A DNA stretch of 64,000 bases from Antechinus flavipes (GCF_016432865.1 NC_067399.1:456816001-456880000), one strand, 5' to 3'. Positions 1 through 12,674 are shown, counted from the stretch's first letter. The notes: a model not told the origin generated them from the sequence alone. Numbers and translations are program-made.

Positions 1-150
1 TATTTTATGCATTAAAATTATTTTTAAGGACCTCAACTTTTCTGGACTATGGAATGGATAATGGAATTTTCTGGAATGAAAAAAAATATAGACTAAAGGG
101 GTCAGTGGCACACCTATACACCCATTAGAATCCCTTTCGCTAGAGAAGAA
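1..150. mobile_element. Partial hAT-Charlie-type MITE, same family as 12675-13034
   Basis: Shares tattttatgcattaaaa (1-17) and gact..aaaggggtc..tggcaca (91-112) with the copy at 12675; truncated by the window edge. Confidence 0.4.
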
Positions 151-769
151 ATGATTTGGTAGGATAAGGTAGAACATTAATAACTGCCTTTGAATTATCA
201 ATCATATATATTATTATATTAATTAATCACATATATCATATTAAAGAGAGAATAAGAATAGTTTAGTCTTGACAAAAGAGCAAAATAATTAGAATTATCC
301 TGATGTGTAATGGTTTAATTTGAAAGGTAAAATAGTTCTCTTTACAGAAAGTCTTCAAGAAAATGTTGAACGACCACTCATTGAGTATGTTATAGAAAGG
401 ATTTTGGTTCGGTTCATAAGCTGAGGCAGATAGTTTCTAGAAGCCATTCCAATGCTGAGATTCAACATAGATTTAATATATTGCTGTTTTATAGATGAGG
501 AACTTGACTCCAAAGAGATGGAATGATTTGCTCATAAAAACACAACTCCTAAGTATCATTTTCAGAATGCTTTTTGAAGTACCCATTCTTTCATTTAATC
601 TAAAAAGTGGTCTTGGGCAAGGCAAGACAATGATTAATATCCATAAGTGATAGGTGAAGAAACTGGGACACAAAGCAGATAAATGGCATTGCAAGTCAGT
701 GATAAAGCTGAGACTAATAGATATTGTGTCATTTAGTCAAGTACATTTCTTTACTCTAAATTTACATCT

Positions 770-1298
770 CCAACTGTCACTCAGATTTCTCAAACTGGAT
801 GTCCAGGAGATTTCCCAAACTCAATATGTCCAAAACAGAATCCATCATCTTTCCTCCTATACTTTCTTGCCTTCCTACCTTTTCCCTGTACTGTAGAGGG
901 AAACACCATCCTCCCAATCCCTCAGGATCACATTCTAGAAGTCATCCCGGATTGCTCATTATCTCTCACCCCCCAAATCCAAGCTGCAGCCACAGCCTGT
1001 TGATTTTACCTTTGTAACATCTCTTGAATACTGCTTCCCTTTCTCCCCTGTAACTATCCTGGTGCAGACCTTCATCACTTCATGTCTGGACTATTGCAAT
1101 ACCCTGCTAATAGATCTACCTCTGCTTCAAGTCGCTCCCAACTCCAATCTATCCTCCATTCAGCCATGAAAGAGATTTCCCTAGATCACTGGGTCTAATC
1201 ATGTCACTCCTCAGTAAACTTCAGTGGCTCCCTATAGCTTCCATGAGCAAATACAAAATGCCTTATTTGGCATTCAAAGTCCTTTATAACATAGCTCC
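770..1298 (+). mobile_element. LINE-2 (L2) fragment, 5' piece of an L2 split by L1
   Basis: L2 hallmarks ctcaatatgtccaaaacagaa, tctggactattgcaat, cagtggctccctat; the sequence resumes in register at 3201. Confidence 0.85.
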
Positions 1299-1615
1299 AT
1301 AAAAGAGGCAAGAAAAAGCTTTTATAATACAGGCAAATTGAGGGAGAGTAAGTGAACCTTACTCTCATCAGATTGACTCAAAGAGGAAAAAACATACACA
1401 CTATGTGTATAGAAAGCTATCTTACACTACAGGAAAATAAGGGGGAAGGTATAGGGGAAGGCTGTTCAGAAGCAAAATCCTTTTGAGTGAACGGAAAGAG
1501 AGAATAGAATGAGTAAAGGGGGAATACAGTTAGCAATAGTAATTATAAAAAGAATTTTGAAACAAGTTTCTCTAATGAAGACCTTATTTCTCAAATGTAT
1601 AGGGAACTGAGTTAA

Positions 1616-1648
<33 letters not shown>

Positions 1649-2191
1649 TCAAGAGCCGCTCCTTAATTGCTAAATGATCAAAAAATATATGATCTATGCC
1701 CAGTTATAAAATCATGCATATCCTTTGCCCTAATAATACCACTACTAGGCATGAATCCCAAATGAGATTTTTTTTAAAAGGAAAAGAACTTGTATGTATA
1801 AAAATATAGCAGTTTTTTCCTCTGGGCAAAAAACTGGAAATTGGGGGAGAACCCATCAACTGAGAAACGGCTGACTGAATTGTGGTGTGTGATTATGAAG
1901 AAATATTATTGTTTTACAAGAAATGATGAACAGGATACTATTACAAAAACCTGAAAAGAGCTGCACAAGCTCAAAGTGAAATATAATGTGTACATAGTAA
2001 TAGCAAAGTTGTGGGATAATCAGCTATGAGTGACTTTGCTATTCTCAGCAATACATTGATCTAAGACTACTCTATCCATACTCAAGGAAAGAACTGATTG
2101 GATCTGGATACAGACTGAAGCATGTTTCCCCCATCACCTTTGAGAGGAGATCTGGTTTTTTTTTTGTTTTTTTTGCAACATAACTTTTATT
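1299..2191 (+). mobile_element. Old internally deleted L1: inter-ORF region joined to late ORF2 and start of 3' UTR
   Basis: Inter-ORF-like sequence 1299-1545 joined to aacaagtttctctaatgaagaccttatttctcaaatgtatagggaactgag (late ORF2); decayed ORF2 C-terminus; A27 expansion at 1622-1648. Confidence 0.75.
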
Positions 2192-2207
2192 AAAAAGTTT
2201 TGCATAA

Positions 2208-2619
2208 TTGTTGGTGGAGTTGTGAACGAATACAGCCATTCTGGAGAGCAATCTGGAATTATGCCCAAAAAGTTATCAAACTGTGCATACCCTTTGATCC
2301 AGCAGTGTTTCTATTGGGCTTATACCCCAAAGAGATACTAAAAAAGGGAAAGGGACCTGTATGTGCCAAAATGTTTGTAGCAGCCCTGTTTGTAGTGGCT
2401 AGAAACTGGAAAATGAAAGGATGCCCATCAATTGGAGAATGGCTGGGTAAATTGTGGTATATGAATGTTATGGAATATTATTGCTCTGTAAGGAATGACC
2501 AGCAGGATGAATACAGAGAGTCTTGGAGAGACTTACATGAACTGATGCTAAGTGAGATGAGCAGAACCAGGAGATCATTATACACTTCGACAACGATATT
2601 GTATGAGGATGTATTCTGA
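2208..2619 (+). pseudogene. L1 ORF2p C-terminal fragment, uninterrupted to its stop
   Basis: Translation CWWSCERIQPFWRAIWNYAQKVIKLCIPFDPAVFLLGLYPKE...WYMNVMEYY is typical L1 ORF2p C-terminus; the ORF-track start at 2200 lies in the TSD, so it is not a real gene start. Confidence 0.9.
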
Positions 2620-3015
2620 TGGAAGTGGATTTCTATGACAAAGAGACCTAACTGAGTTTCAATGGATAAATGATAGACAGAAACAGCTACACCCAAAGAA
2701 GGAACACTGGGAAATGAATGTGAACTATTTGCATTTTTGATTTTCTTCCCGAGTTATTTTTACCTTCTGAATCTAATTCTCTCTGTGCAGCGGGAGAACT
2801 GTTCGGTTCTGCAAATATGTATTGTATCTAGGATATACTGCAACATATTTAACATATATAGGACTGCTTGCCATCTTGGGGGGGGGGTGGAGGGAGGGAG
2901 GGAAAAAAACGAAACATAAGCGAGTGCAAGGGATAATCTTGTAAAAAAATTATCCTGGCATGGATTCTGTCGATACAAATTTATTATTAAATAAAATAAA
3001 ATTTAAAATTAAAAA
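2208..3015 (+). mobile_element. Young 5'-truncated L1 insertion
   Basis: Perfect 16-bp TSD aaaaagttttgcataa at 2192-2207 and 3016-3031 at a TT/AAAA endonuclease site; G-rich 3' UTR, AATAAA and A tail; several CpGs retained. Confidence 0.95.
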
Positions 3016-3031
3016 AAAAAGTTTTGCATAA

Positions 3032-3200
3032 CTTCACATGCACTTCAATAGGGGTGAGTTTGAGGAAAGGGGAGAAATTGGAACTCAAAATTTTAAAAAC
3101 AAATGTAAAAATTTTTTTTTACATCTTATTGGGGAATTATTTGAATAATTATTGGGAAAATTATTTAAATACTTTTAAAAATACATCTATAAAGAAAAAA
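3032..3200 (+). mobile_element. Remainder of the old L1 3' UTR and A-rich tail
   Basis: cttcacatg...ggggagaaattggaactcaaaattttaaaaacaaatgtaaaa continues the UTR interrupted at 2191. Confidence 0.75.
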
Positions 3201-3636
3201 ATAAGATAGCTCCCTCCCACATTCCAGTCTTCTTATACCCTTACTCCTAAACACACGTACTTTGAACCAGATACTAGCCTCCTAACTGTTCCATAGATAA
3301 CTCACTCCCTCTCTTGGTTCCCAGGCATTTTCTCTGGCTGTCCCCAATACCAGGAATGTTCTTCCTCCTTTATTCCAACTACTGATCTCCCTGCATTTTG
3401 TCCAGTCCCAAATAAAATTATAACTTTTAAACAAGCCTTCCCTAGTCCTCTTAATTCCAGTACTTTCCCTCTTTTTAGTTATTTCCTATTTATTCAGTAT
3501 ATGTCTTGCTCTGCATATATTTGTTTGCTTGTTGTCTCCCCATTGGACTGAAAGCTCCCCGAGGTCAGTTTTTTGTCTTGTATCCTCAGCACTTAATACA
3601 GTGCCTGGCATGCAGTAGGAGCTCAATACAAAGTTC
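3201..3636 (+). mobile_element. L2 3' piece including terminus
   Basis: ccagtcttcttatacccttactcc and L2 tail cttaatacagtgcctggcatgcagtaggagctcaata. Confidence 0.85.
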
Positions 3637-3689
3637 TTTTTATCAAATTTGATTTATAATATACTTTAATATTCACAAAATATCTCACA

Positions 3690-3852
3690 AATACTTCATT
3701 TTATTCCAGGAGCTAATACCTATTTTATAGTTGAAAATATTGAGGCAGAAAGAGAATAAGCGCTCAGTGTTACAGGATAGCATATGGGATAAAATTTGAA
3801 CTCAGGTCTTCCTGACTTGAGATGCAGTGATTTGTATCACTTAGCTGCTTCT
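3690..3852 (-). mobile_element. MIR/CORE-SINE
   Basis: ttgaggcagaaagag...tttgaactcaggtcttcctgact antisense CORE pattern. Confidence 0.7.
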
Positions 3853-4249
3853 AAAAGCAAAAGCATGAGATTTCAGATAAATAGTCTGTATCCACAATAT
3901 ATTAAAAGAAGAGGAGAAAGGGCTTCAGTGAATTGCCTTAATAGAGGAATTAGAAGAAAATATGACAAAAATCACCAAGGACAGATGAGGTTTGGCTGGA
4001 TTGCAACCTATACTAGTGAAGAGAAAACTAAGCTGATGAAAGCAATCATGAATTCATAAAACTAAATCTATCATAATATTGGAAAGTATTTCCCCAAGAA
4101 GTTGTAGTGCGTTTTATCTAAGAGCATTCTAAGAATAAAAAGAGACAGAAACAGAATTAGAAATAATTACATCTGTTTAAGAGCATAACTTCTTAGAAAG
4201 GAAACTTTCTAAGGTCCCTTGTGGCCTTGGCATTCAGTGATCCAACTCT

Positions 4250-4660
4250 CTTGGAATTAGTTCAAGAGTTCAAGTCTTAATATTGCCACTCACTAGTTGT
4301 ACAACCTTTGGCACATCTCAGTTTCTGAAAGGCTCGGTTTCCTCATTTGCAAAATATGCAAAATAACATAGATTCTAACTTAAAAGAGTCATGGTAAAGG
4401 TCCAATAAGGTAACAGTTTAAAAAGCACTTTGTAAATGATAAAATGTCAGCTATATACTTTTCTAATTAATATGTTTGTAGTATAATTTTCCTTGGTCTT
4501 TAGCCTAAAAAAAAGTGGTACAGAGTAATTATAATAGCCTATGCTACTTCTGTGACTGTGGGCCTCAGAATAGAGAAATTTCTTCTTCTGAAAAATGTGA
4601 GGTTTAGAACAAATGATTTCAAGGTCTCTTTTAACTCTAAATTTTAAGAGTCCTATGGTC
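4250..4660 (+). mobile_element. MIR followed by MIR3
   Basis: gccactcactagttgtacaaccttt...ggtttcctcatttgcaaaat; then MIR3 tail aaatgatttcaaggtctcttttaactctaa. Confidence 0.7.
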
Positions 4661-5139
4661 TTACAAACTAAGTGGTCAATGTATAATGGTGTTACCAATC
4701 AGTGCTATGACACAGCATTACTGGCTTAGAAAAGAGGGCAAGTCTCGGTTCATTTCCTCCCCATCCAAAACACCTTATTCATTTTCTTTTGTCAGATGCC
4801 TGTTGACCCTCAGCATAGGTCAGTTAATAGCTGATCTGACAAAAGTGTGTACAACAAAGTCTACTGAAATGACATGGTACTTTTATTCAGGTTTGGCTAA
4901 TTTCTGTATAAGCAGTAAGATACAAATGAATAAACAATGGTCTCTGCATGAGATTACTCTAAGAGGAGACCCAGAAGTTAGTAAGATCATAATGCTCCTT
5001 GTTTAGGGGATTTGGAACTAATTCAATGCCATCCAGAATCTAGGTAAATAGTAGGAAAAGTAATTCATCATGTACATAGGTATAACCCCCTGTGCTGTGA
5101 TAAAAAAAAAAAAAAAAAAAAAAAAAAAAGAAGTCAAAC

Positions 5140-5900
5140 CAAAGATTTTAGAAGCAAGAGAATTAAAGTTCAATCTAATTCATTTTATGGATAATAAGAT
5201 CAAAACTCAAAGAGGGCAAGTCAAATGGATCTTAGAATTTTGAATTTAAAGGGATCTTAAGATACTAGATCATTGATTAAGATCTCCAAAGCTCATTTAA
5301 GGCCTAGTTTAACCCTCTAAATTTACAAATGAGCAAAATGAAGCCAGAGAAATGAAATGTTTTTTCCAAACTCACACAGTAGTATATTGCAGAGACAGGA
5401 TTCAACCCCAAGTCCTCTGAGTACAAATCTCATTTCTTTTAGACCATGAAACACATGAAAATTAGATATGATCTTGGAGTCTAAATCATATTCATTTTAT
5501 ATATTGTAAAACTGGAACCAGAGAGTTTAAATAGCTTGTCCAAAATTATCAAGGTAATTAGTTGCAGAGATAGTTTATTAGTTTCTCTGAATCCAAATAG
5601 GATTGAATACATAAACTTCTTAGTAAGACTTAGCCAATTCCAACAGAATAAACTCTCCACCTTTCAATAGGACATACTAGGGAGCAGAATAAATTCTCTT
5701 ACCTAAGTACTCTAGAACAAAAAAGTTGTTACCCCAGATTATAGGATTGCAGGATTTACAGTAACATACATATTTCCAAGATGATCTAATCCAATTTTCT
5801 CTCTCTCTCTCTCTCTCTCATATAAAGAACCAAAGCCCAGAGAAGTAAAATCAACTGCAGAAAGTAAATGGCAGAAAGAAATTCAACTTAAATTCTCTGT
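5140..5900 (-). mobile_element. Cluster of antisense MIR/MIR3 fragments
   Basis: Repeated tttacaaatgag..aaatgaagccagaga...ctcacacag..gcagag..ggattcaaccc motifs. Confidence 0.6.
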
Positions 5901-5959
5901 TTCTAAATGTAGCATGTCTCATGCAGTATTCATCTAGCTCACAATTCTGGGTCACCATT

Positions 5960-7110
5960 GCCTTTATGATACTGTAGATTTTCCAAAAAAAAAAAATTGT
6001 AGCATTATAAACTTCTCTTACTTTTGCCTCCCCCTACCCTTTTTTCTGAGAACCTTGCCTCTTCCTTTACTGAAAAATTTGAGGACATTTGCTATGAACT
6101 CTCTTTTCTCTTTTTCATCATCTCCATACCCTATAATAATATCATTTTCTCACCTCCCAGTCTCTAAAGAGTTGCCCCCCCCTTTTTTTTTTGCCAAGGC
6201 TAGCTTTTCTATATGCCTCCTTAAGAAACTTTCACTAGGTCCTACCATCTCCTCAAGCTATATCATATATCTCTCCTTTCTTTCCCAGTCAAATTTCTAG
6301 GGAAAAAGTTGTCTATACTTGCTGCTTCCACTTCTTTATTCGCTCCTCTATGTTTTGTAATTGGATGTCTAAGTTAATCTTTTTTGGGGAGGAGGAGCAA
6401 GGCAAGTGGCATTAAGTGATTTGCCCAGGGTCACACAGCTAGTAAATATTAAGTGTCTGAGGCTGGATTTGAACTCAGGTTCTCCTGACTCTTAAGTGAG
6501 TGCTCTATCCACTGTGGCATCTAGCTGTACCCCAATGTCATCTTTAAGAGAAATTGTACTTATCATAATTTCCAATGATCTCTTACTTAATTGCCACATC
6601 AGTCTTTTCTTAGTTCTCATCCTTCTTGGGCTATTTGTTTTATTTGAGAATCCTAATCATCCTTTTTTTCTGGATAGTCTCTCCATCTGTGCTTTCTTAA
6701 CATCACTCTCTGTTTCTCTTTCCCTCTGTCAGACTCTTCCTCTTCAGTCTCTTCCACTGATTCATTAATTATAACATGTACCTTAAGTAAGAGCTTTTGT
6801 CTTTTTTGTGTCCTCAGTAACTAACAGTGCCTGGTATACAGTAGGTGCTTAATAAATGTTTACTGAGTACTCCCCAAGATTCTGTACTAATCTTATCTTG
6901 TCTAGCTGTATTCTATATTTTATCAGCTTCCATGGGTTTAATTAGTATTTCTATGCATAGATTTATATATCCAGCCCCAGTATCTTCTGTGAACTTCAGA
7001 CCTTTGCCAACTATGTATTGAATACTTCAAAATAAATATCCCAAGACATTTCAAATACATATATTCAAAATAGAGTTAATTATTTTTCCTTCAAAGACCC
7101 TCAGAAGATT
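5960..7110 (+). mobile_element. L2 fragment (RT region) hosting a SINE and a second L2 tail
   Basis: gaaaaagttgtctatacttgctgcttccac, tccaatgatctctta, ttcttagttctcatccttcttgg; L2 tail at 6790-6865. Confidence 0.7.
6380..6533 (-). mobile_element. WSINE1-type marsupial CORE-SINE
   Basis: Antisense of ggggcagctagatg..cagtggatagagca...ttcaaatccagcctcagacactta...gtgaccctgggcaa. Confidence 0.85.
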
Positions 7111-7829
7111 TTTCCTGTCTAAAGCAGGATTTAAATTTAGGTCTTCCTGATTCCACACACAGAACTTTATCTACTGTTTTATCAGATTGCCTCAAAGGTC
7201 TGGATTATATGATTTAAAGCATGAAATGATAGTAAAGTGGGCTTCTGCTCTCCTTTTCAGGATCCTTCTACCTCTTTGATTTCATTTCACATCCCTGTAC
7301 TGTTCTTGCTTTGCATCATAAAAGGAAAGAACTTCAAATACAAAACACTTAAATCATCTCAAACATACATGTAAGGTTTTGAGAGAGAAGAATTCACTTT
7401 AGCATCTTCCTAGTTGTGACTGTTCGTAATGGTTAGGGAAAGATGAGGGAAATAGTAATTTCCACATTAGATTTTTATATTTGGGCATCATTTAATTTGA
7501 AGGGAATTCCTAATTTGTTTGACACTGAAGATCAGTCCCAATTAACCCCGCCCCCCAGTCCATCTAAGTTTCTCTTTATCACATCAAGTTAGTCTTGTAT
7601 CATCTTATGTTTTTACCTCTTAATTTTGAATGAATATGGATGCACCCATGAATATGGAATGGGCCAAAAGTTTTGTGATTATGTAGAAATGAATGATAAC
7701 ATAACTATTCCTATAAAATAGTACTCATCCCAGGACCACTAAACTGGTAGTCATGGGACTCAAGTAATAAGTAATATGACAAATCATTTTACATCACTTT
7801 CCCAATCTACAATGTATAGTGGTTGGAAT

Positions 7830-8045
7830 AGAGAACATTAAATTTTCAGAGGCTCATAGGCTTAGAGAGACCTCAGAGATCATCAAGTCCAGGCTTCTAA
7901 TTTTACAAATGAGGAAACTAAAGTTCAGAAAGGTTAAATGTCCTAAACAGGGTCAAATGGCTAATAAGTGTCTAAAGCAGGATTTAAATTCAGATCTTGC
8001 TGACTTTGAGTCCAACTTTCTATGCACTAAGTTATCTAACTGATG
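7830..8045 (-). mobile_element. MIR3
   Basis: ttttacaaatgaggaaactaaagttcagaaaggttaaatg...gatttaaattcagatcttgctgact. Confidence 0.8.
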
Positions 8046-10560
8046 CAAAATTCCTCTCAGCTTCATTATTCTGTATTCATAAGTCCCTTCTATCTCTAAT
8101 GCCCTACATTGTAAAGTTCTTTCTAGCTTTAAATGTCTAGGGTCAATATTCTAACATTATCTTTCTTAAGACCCCCTTTTTGCATTGAAATTCTATTCTG
8201 ACATGTGAACACTCCATATTCCAAGATCTTTGCAAGCTGCAACATTATATGATTTTAAATGTTCTCTCTTTCCCTCTCCCTCTTCTTCTTCCTCTCCCTC
8301 CCTTCTTTTCTCTCTCTGTCTCTGTCTCTGTGTTTCTCTCATTGTCTCTCTTGATGTGTGTGTGGGGATTGGCATGTATTTAGAACACCCTTCCTGAGGC
8401 ACAATTCCTTACTGACTTCAATTATAATGCTAGGGGTGGATGAACTTTATTCATTTTTAGAAGTAGCCAAAACTAGCTACTCACTTTCACCTCGGTTTTC
8501 TATCATTGCTATTTGCATGGAATTACAGGGCACATGATTATTTATATTCTAGGCACCTTGGCCAGCAAAAGTGGGGCCAAATAATCTTGCCTTCTCAAGC
8601 AGAATAAGAATTACTGAGAACACAAAATTCTCTTGCTGACACAGCTCCCTCACATGCCCAACAGCACACTCTAACCCTCTCCCACCCCTAACTCCTCCCC
8701 TGCCACTTCCCTATGCAAGGAGAAGTCTCCTATGGATAAGGTTTCTGGCCTAGTGATCAGATACAAAATTCCAAGAATTAGATTGGTCTGTGAGTCAGCT
8801 AAACTAGACACTCAGAAAGAAGAGACACTTTGCCAGAATTTTACTGAAAGAAGAAATGACCAGCCTAATATCATTTAGCCATTTAGGGGCAGAGCCAACA
8901 CTAAAACCTTGGAGACTTCTATTTTCAAGATCAGTTGCTTTCCTGTGTCTGTTCTTTGCTAACCATACCAGATACAAGGGCTTCCACAGGTAGCTTGGAA
9001 AAATTTGTGGGCTAAATTTGGCAATGGAGAAATTAAGGCATGGAAAAAGCCAAACAATTTTGTGAGGAATGACGATGACTGATGACTTCAGTTCAATCCA
9101 GGGGCAGAATACAGTTGATTTGTCTTGTCTGTTGGGTATGTGATATGATAAGTAATCTTAGAATCATAAGAAATTATGAGAAGTATAAACATATTTAAGA
9201 ATAAAAGCAGAAATCCACCTGTTTTCCATTCAACCACTTTGGAAACTTGAACAAGGCTCAGGAGGCAGAACAAGATAAGCCAGAAATAAATCGTATTGGT
9301 TTTGAAAACTCAGTCCCCAGAAAGAAACAACAACACTGGAAGAAAACCACCTTGCAGCTGAAATGACCCACTACCTAGTTCTCTGCACCATTGCCTTTTA
9401 CCAGGTGCCTCTTGAGCCTGCTTCCTCCTTCTGACTGCTGGTGCGAAACAAAGCAAAGATCATAGTGACTCAGCCAAGGTGGGGGGAATAGCATTGCAAG
9501 AAGTTTCAGCCATCTGTGGCAGGGAACATGTACAGCTGGTTTAAGAAAAGAGGAAGAAGAATGCCCTTGGAAGAACTTATGTAAAGGCTATCCTGCTTCC
9601 ATGAATCTGACAAGAAGAGAACAGGATTGCTAATTCTCTTCCTGACTTTGGTCAAAATTGGTCATTAGCTTCATTTTATAAAATAGACCCGTTATCCCAC
9701 TGAGGGAAATTCCCATTACCAATGCAGATCTTCAGATTCTAGTCTTAGATATTTCCCTGGAAATACTGAGAAGTCAAGTAACTTATTCAGGATCAACCAA
9801 CCAATGGACATCAGAAATAGGACTGATCCTTTCTCTAGACCTTGTTGATTCCTATTTTAATTTGTAATGAAATTTCATTAATAAGAGATTTGATATTTGC
9901 AGCAATTTAAACTTTATAAAGTACATACCCTCACAAAAATCTAGTGATGTAAGAAATATGCTTAATCCATCTCTACAGATGAGGAAACTGAAAATCATAG
10001 GAAGGTTGAGGGATGAAGTGATTTTTACATGATCAAAAGGAGTCATTTTGGGGTGTACCTACCTCTTAATGCCTTAACTTTTAAGGCTAGAATCCATAGA
10101 TATTCATAAGCCGTTAGAGTAGGAATAGAACCTGCTATCCACTTTGACTTTTTTATTTTACAGGTAAGGAAACTGAAGGAATTGAGGTACAGAAATTTCT
10201 TATAGTTATGTAGTTATTGAAAAGAGTAGCAACTAGAATTTAACTATTTTACCCCTTTTAGACCATTATGATCATTTCTACTTTATATATGGAATCAATG
10301 AACAAGATGGAAGCAAAATATCTGGCTCAAAGTCAGTCCCTATACAGATAACTTGGAAAAATAAACTGAAACCCAAGTCCTTAAACCAGAATTCTAATTC
10401 ACCAAAGTCCCTCCCAAGTAAGGCAAAATCAGTAGTGAATGAATATTGGGATCAATAGACTGAGTGAGGTTGAACCGTTTAGTACTTTAACTGGCTAATA
10501 TTGAGAAAGCATGGGAAATGGGGAAGAATCATGTCTTTAGAATTAGAAAGCCTAGGTCTA

Positions 10561-11478
10561 TTGACTGCAGAAAGGCAAATTAAGACAAATCTGAGGTATC
10601 ACCTCACACCTCTCAGATTGGCTAAGATGACAGGAATAGATACTGATAAATGTTGGAAGGACTGTGTGGAAACTGGATCACTAATGCATTGTTGGTCGAA
10701 CTGTGAATGGATCCAGCCATTCTGGAGAGCAATTTGGATCTATGTCCAAAGGGCTATCAAACTGTGTATACTCTTTGATCCAGTAGTGTCTCTACTGGGT
10801 CTGTGTCACAAAGAGATCATTAAAAAGGGAGAAAGGACCCATAGGTATAAAAACGTTGCAACTCTTTTTGTAGTTGCAAGGAACTGAAAATTGAGTTGAT
10901 TCCCATCAGTTGGGGAATGGATGAATAAGTCATGATATTTGAAAGTAATGGAATAGTACTTTTCTATAAAAAAAAATGATGAGCAGGCTGATTTCAGAAA
11001 AGCCTGGAAAGATCTATGTGAACTGATGCTGAGTGAAATGGGAAGAACCAAGAGAACATTTAATACAGTAACAACAAACAATATGATGTGATGATCAACT
11101 GTGATGGACTTGCTCTTCTCAACAATTTGGTTATTCAAAGCAATTCCAGTAGACTTGAAATGGAAAATGCCAATCATATCGAGAGAGAGAACTAAGAAAA
11201 CTGAAAGTGGATCAAAACATAGTATTTGTCATTTTTTTGCATGTTTTTTTCTCTTTTTTTTTTTTTTTGGTCTGATTTTTGTACATTACAAATATGGAAA
11301 TATGTTTAAAAGATTTGTACATATTTAACCTATATAAGATTGTTTGCTGTCTTGGGGAGGGGAAGGGGAAAGGATGGATGGAGAAAAATTTGGAATATAA
11401 AGTCTTACAAAAATGAATGTTGAAAACTATCTTTATGTGTATTTGAAAAAATAGAATACTATTATTCAATTTTAAAAA
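10561..11478 (+). mobile_element. 5'-truncated L1 inserted into a MIR
   Basis: ORF2p remnant QIKTNLRYHLTPLRLAKM...KCWKDC...LMHCWSNC (Cys-rich C-terminal motif); TSD agaaagcctag at 10545-10555 and 11479-11489; host MIR resumes after 11490. Confidence 0.9.
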
Positions 11479-11584
11479 AGAAAGCCTAGTTTCTAGGCCC
11501 CACTCTATTTTATAATGGTGATCTTGGGAAAACCTGGCAACTTTTGCAATTCTGTTTTTTCATCTACAAATGGGAATGACGGTG

Positions 11585-11850
11585 TTTGTCTCCCTTTTGT
11601 TCTTTAGTCATTTCAGTCATATGTCTTACTCTTCATGACCTCCTTTTGGGTTTTCTTGGCAAAGATATTGAAGTTATTTGCAATTTCCTTCTCCATCTTA
11701 TTTTACAAATGAGAAACTGAAGCAAACAGGATAAAGTGACTTGCCTAGGATCATACAGCTATTAAGTGCCTGAGGTCAGATTTGAACTCTGGAAAATCAG
11801 TCTTCCTAACTTGAGGTCTGACACTCTATCCACTATGCCAACTGCTTGTT
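11585..11850 (-). mobile_element. Mar1-type SINE (CORE plus RTE-derived tail)
   Basis: gggttttcttggcaaagatattgaag..atttgcaatttccttctcc tail followed by CORE. Confidence 0.8.
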
Positions 11851-11899
11851 CTTATTTTGCTTCACCATAGAAATATATTTAGAACATGGCAAGAGAATA

Positions 11900-12130
11900 A
11901 GAGACAGCATGGCCTTATGAATAGAGACCTGGCCTTAGAGCCAGGAAGGCCTGAGTTCAACTCCCAATTCTGACTCATATTGGCAGGCAAGTTTGATCCC
12001 AGGCAAGTTGCATAAATTTTCCCAGACAGTTTTCTCCTCTATAAAATCAGAATAATAATACTTAGATTGAAAACTTCATGGAGATTGTTGGAAACAAAAA
12101 GTGAAAGGGGAAAAACCATGTAGGCAATGT
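11900..12130 (+). mobile_element. MIR
   Basis: agccaggaaggcctgagttcaactccc...ttttctcctctataaaatcagaataataatac. Confidence 0.7.
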
Positions 12131-12674
12131 CTGTGATACACCATATAAACTTTCAAGTGATCTTATTTGATACTGGGACCAAAAGTCAAGTTTGAGAAGT
12201 TTTAACCTTTTTGTCTCTGAAACTTCCATTGTGGGGCCTCACTCTTCTGATAATGAGTTTTTTTATGTTATCCTTGCTATGATTCACTTTAATTCCTGCC
12301 CTCAGAAAGTCGTCCATTTGAATTGTTGAAAGGGAATAGACTTTATCCTTTGCTACCTGATTACTCAGTGAGAAGGAGTGAATATAAACTGAAAAAGCTA
12401 CATTCTAGAGAGCTACTAGGTAGAGCTACAGATTTAGGGGCAGAGCACCTGGGTTTAAATCCCAATTTGGTTACTAAATATCTTTGTGACCTTGGTCTTT
12501 AACTTGAGAACCTTCATCTGTAACATGAGGTGAATATAAGCTTCTAGAGGGGAGAGACTTTTTTGGCTTTGGCTTTGCATTTCTAGTATCTAGTATCAAA
12601 GAATGACAAATAACAGATGTCTAAAAATGATTATTGAATCAAATTGTTGGTTCAATGAGAGATTTGGTCTAAAT

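Noticed and set aside
2200-2619. 139-aa ORF as a host gene
   Set aside because: It is the L1 ORF2p C-terminus; the start codon lies in the TSD.
5102-5130. Long poly-A as a processed-pseudogene tail
   Set aside because: No TSD and no recognisable mRNA upstream; similar isolated A/T runs at 28088 and 51868 look like slippage.
10501-10887. 128-aa ORF with a Cys/His motif
   Set aside because: It is an L1 ORF2p fragment fused to flanking MIR sequence.
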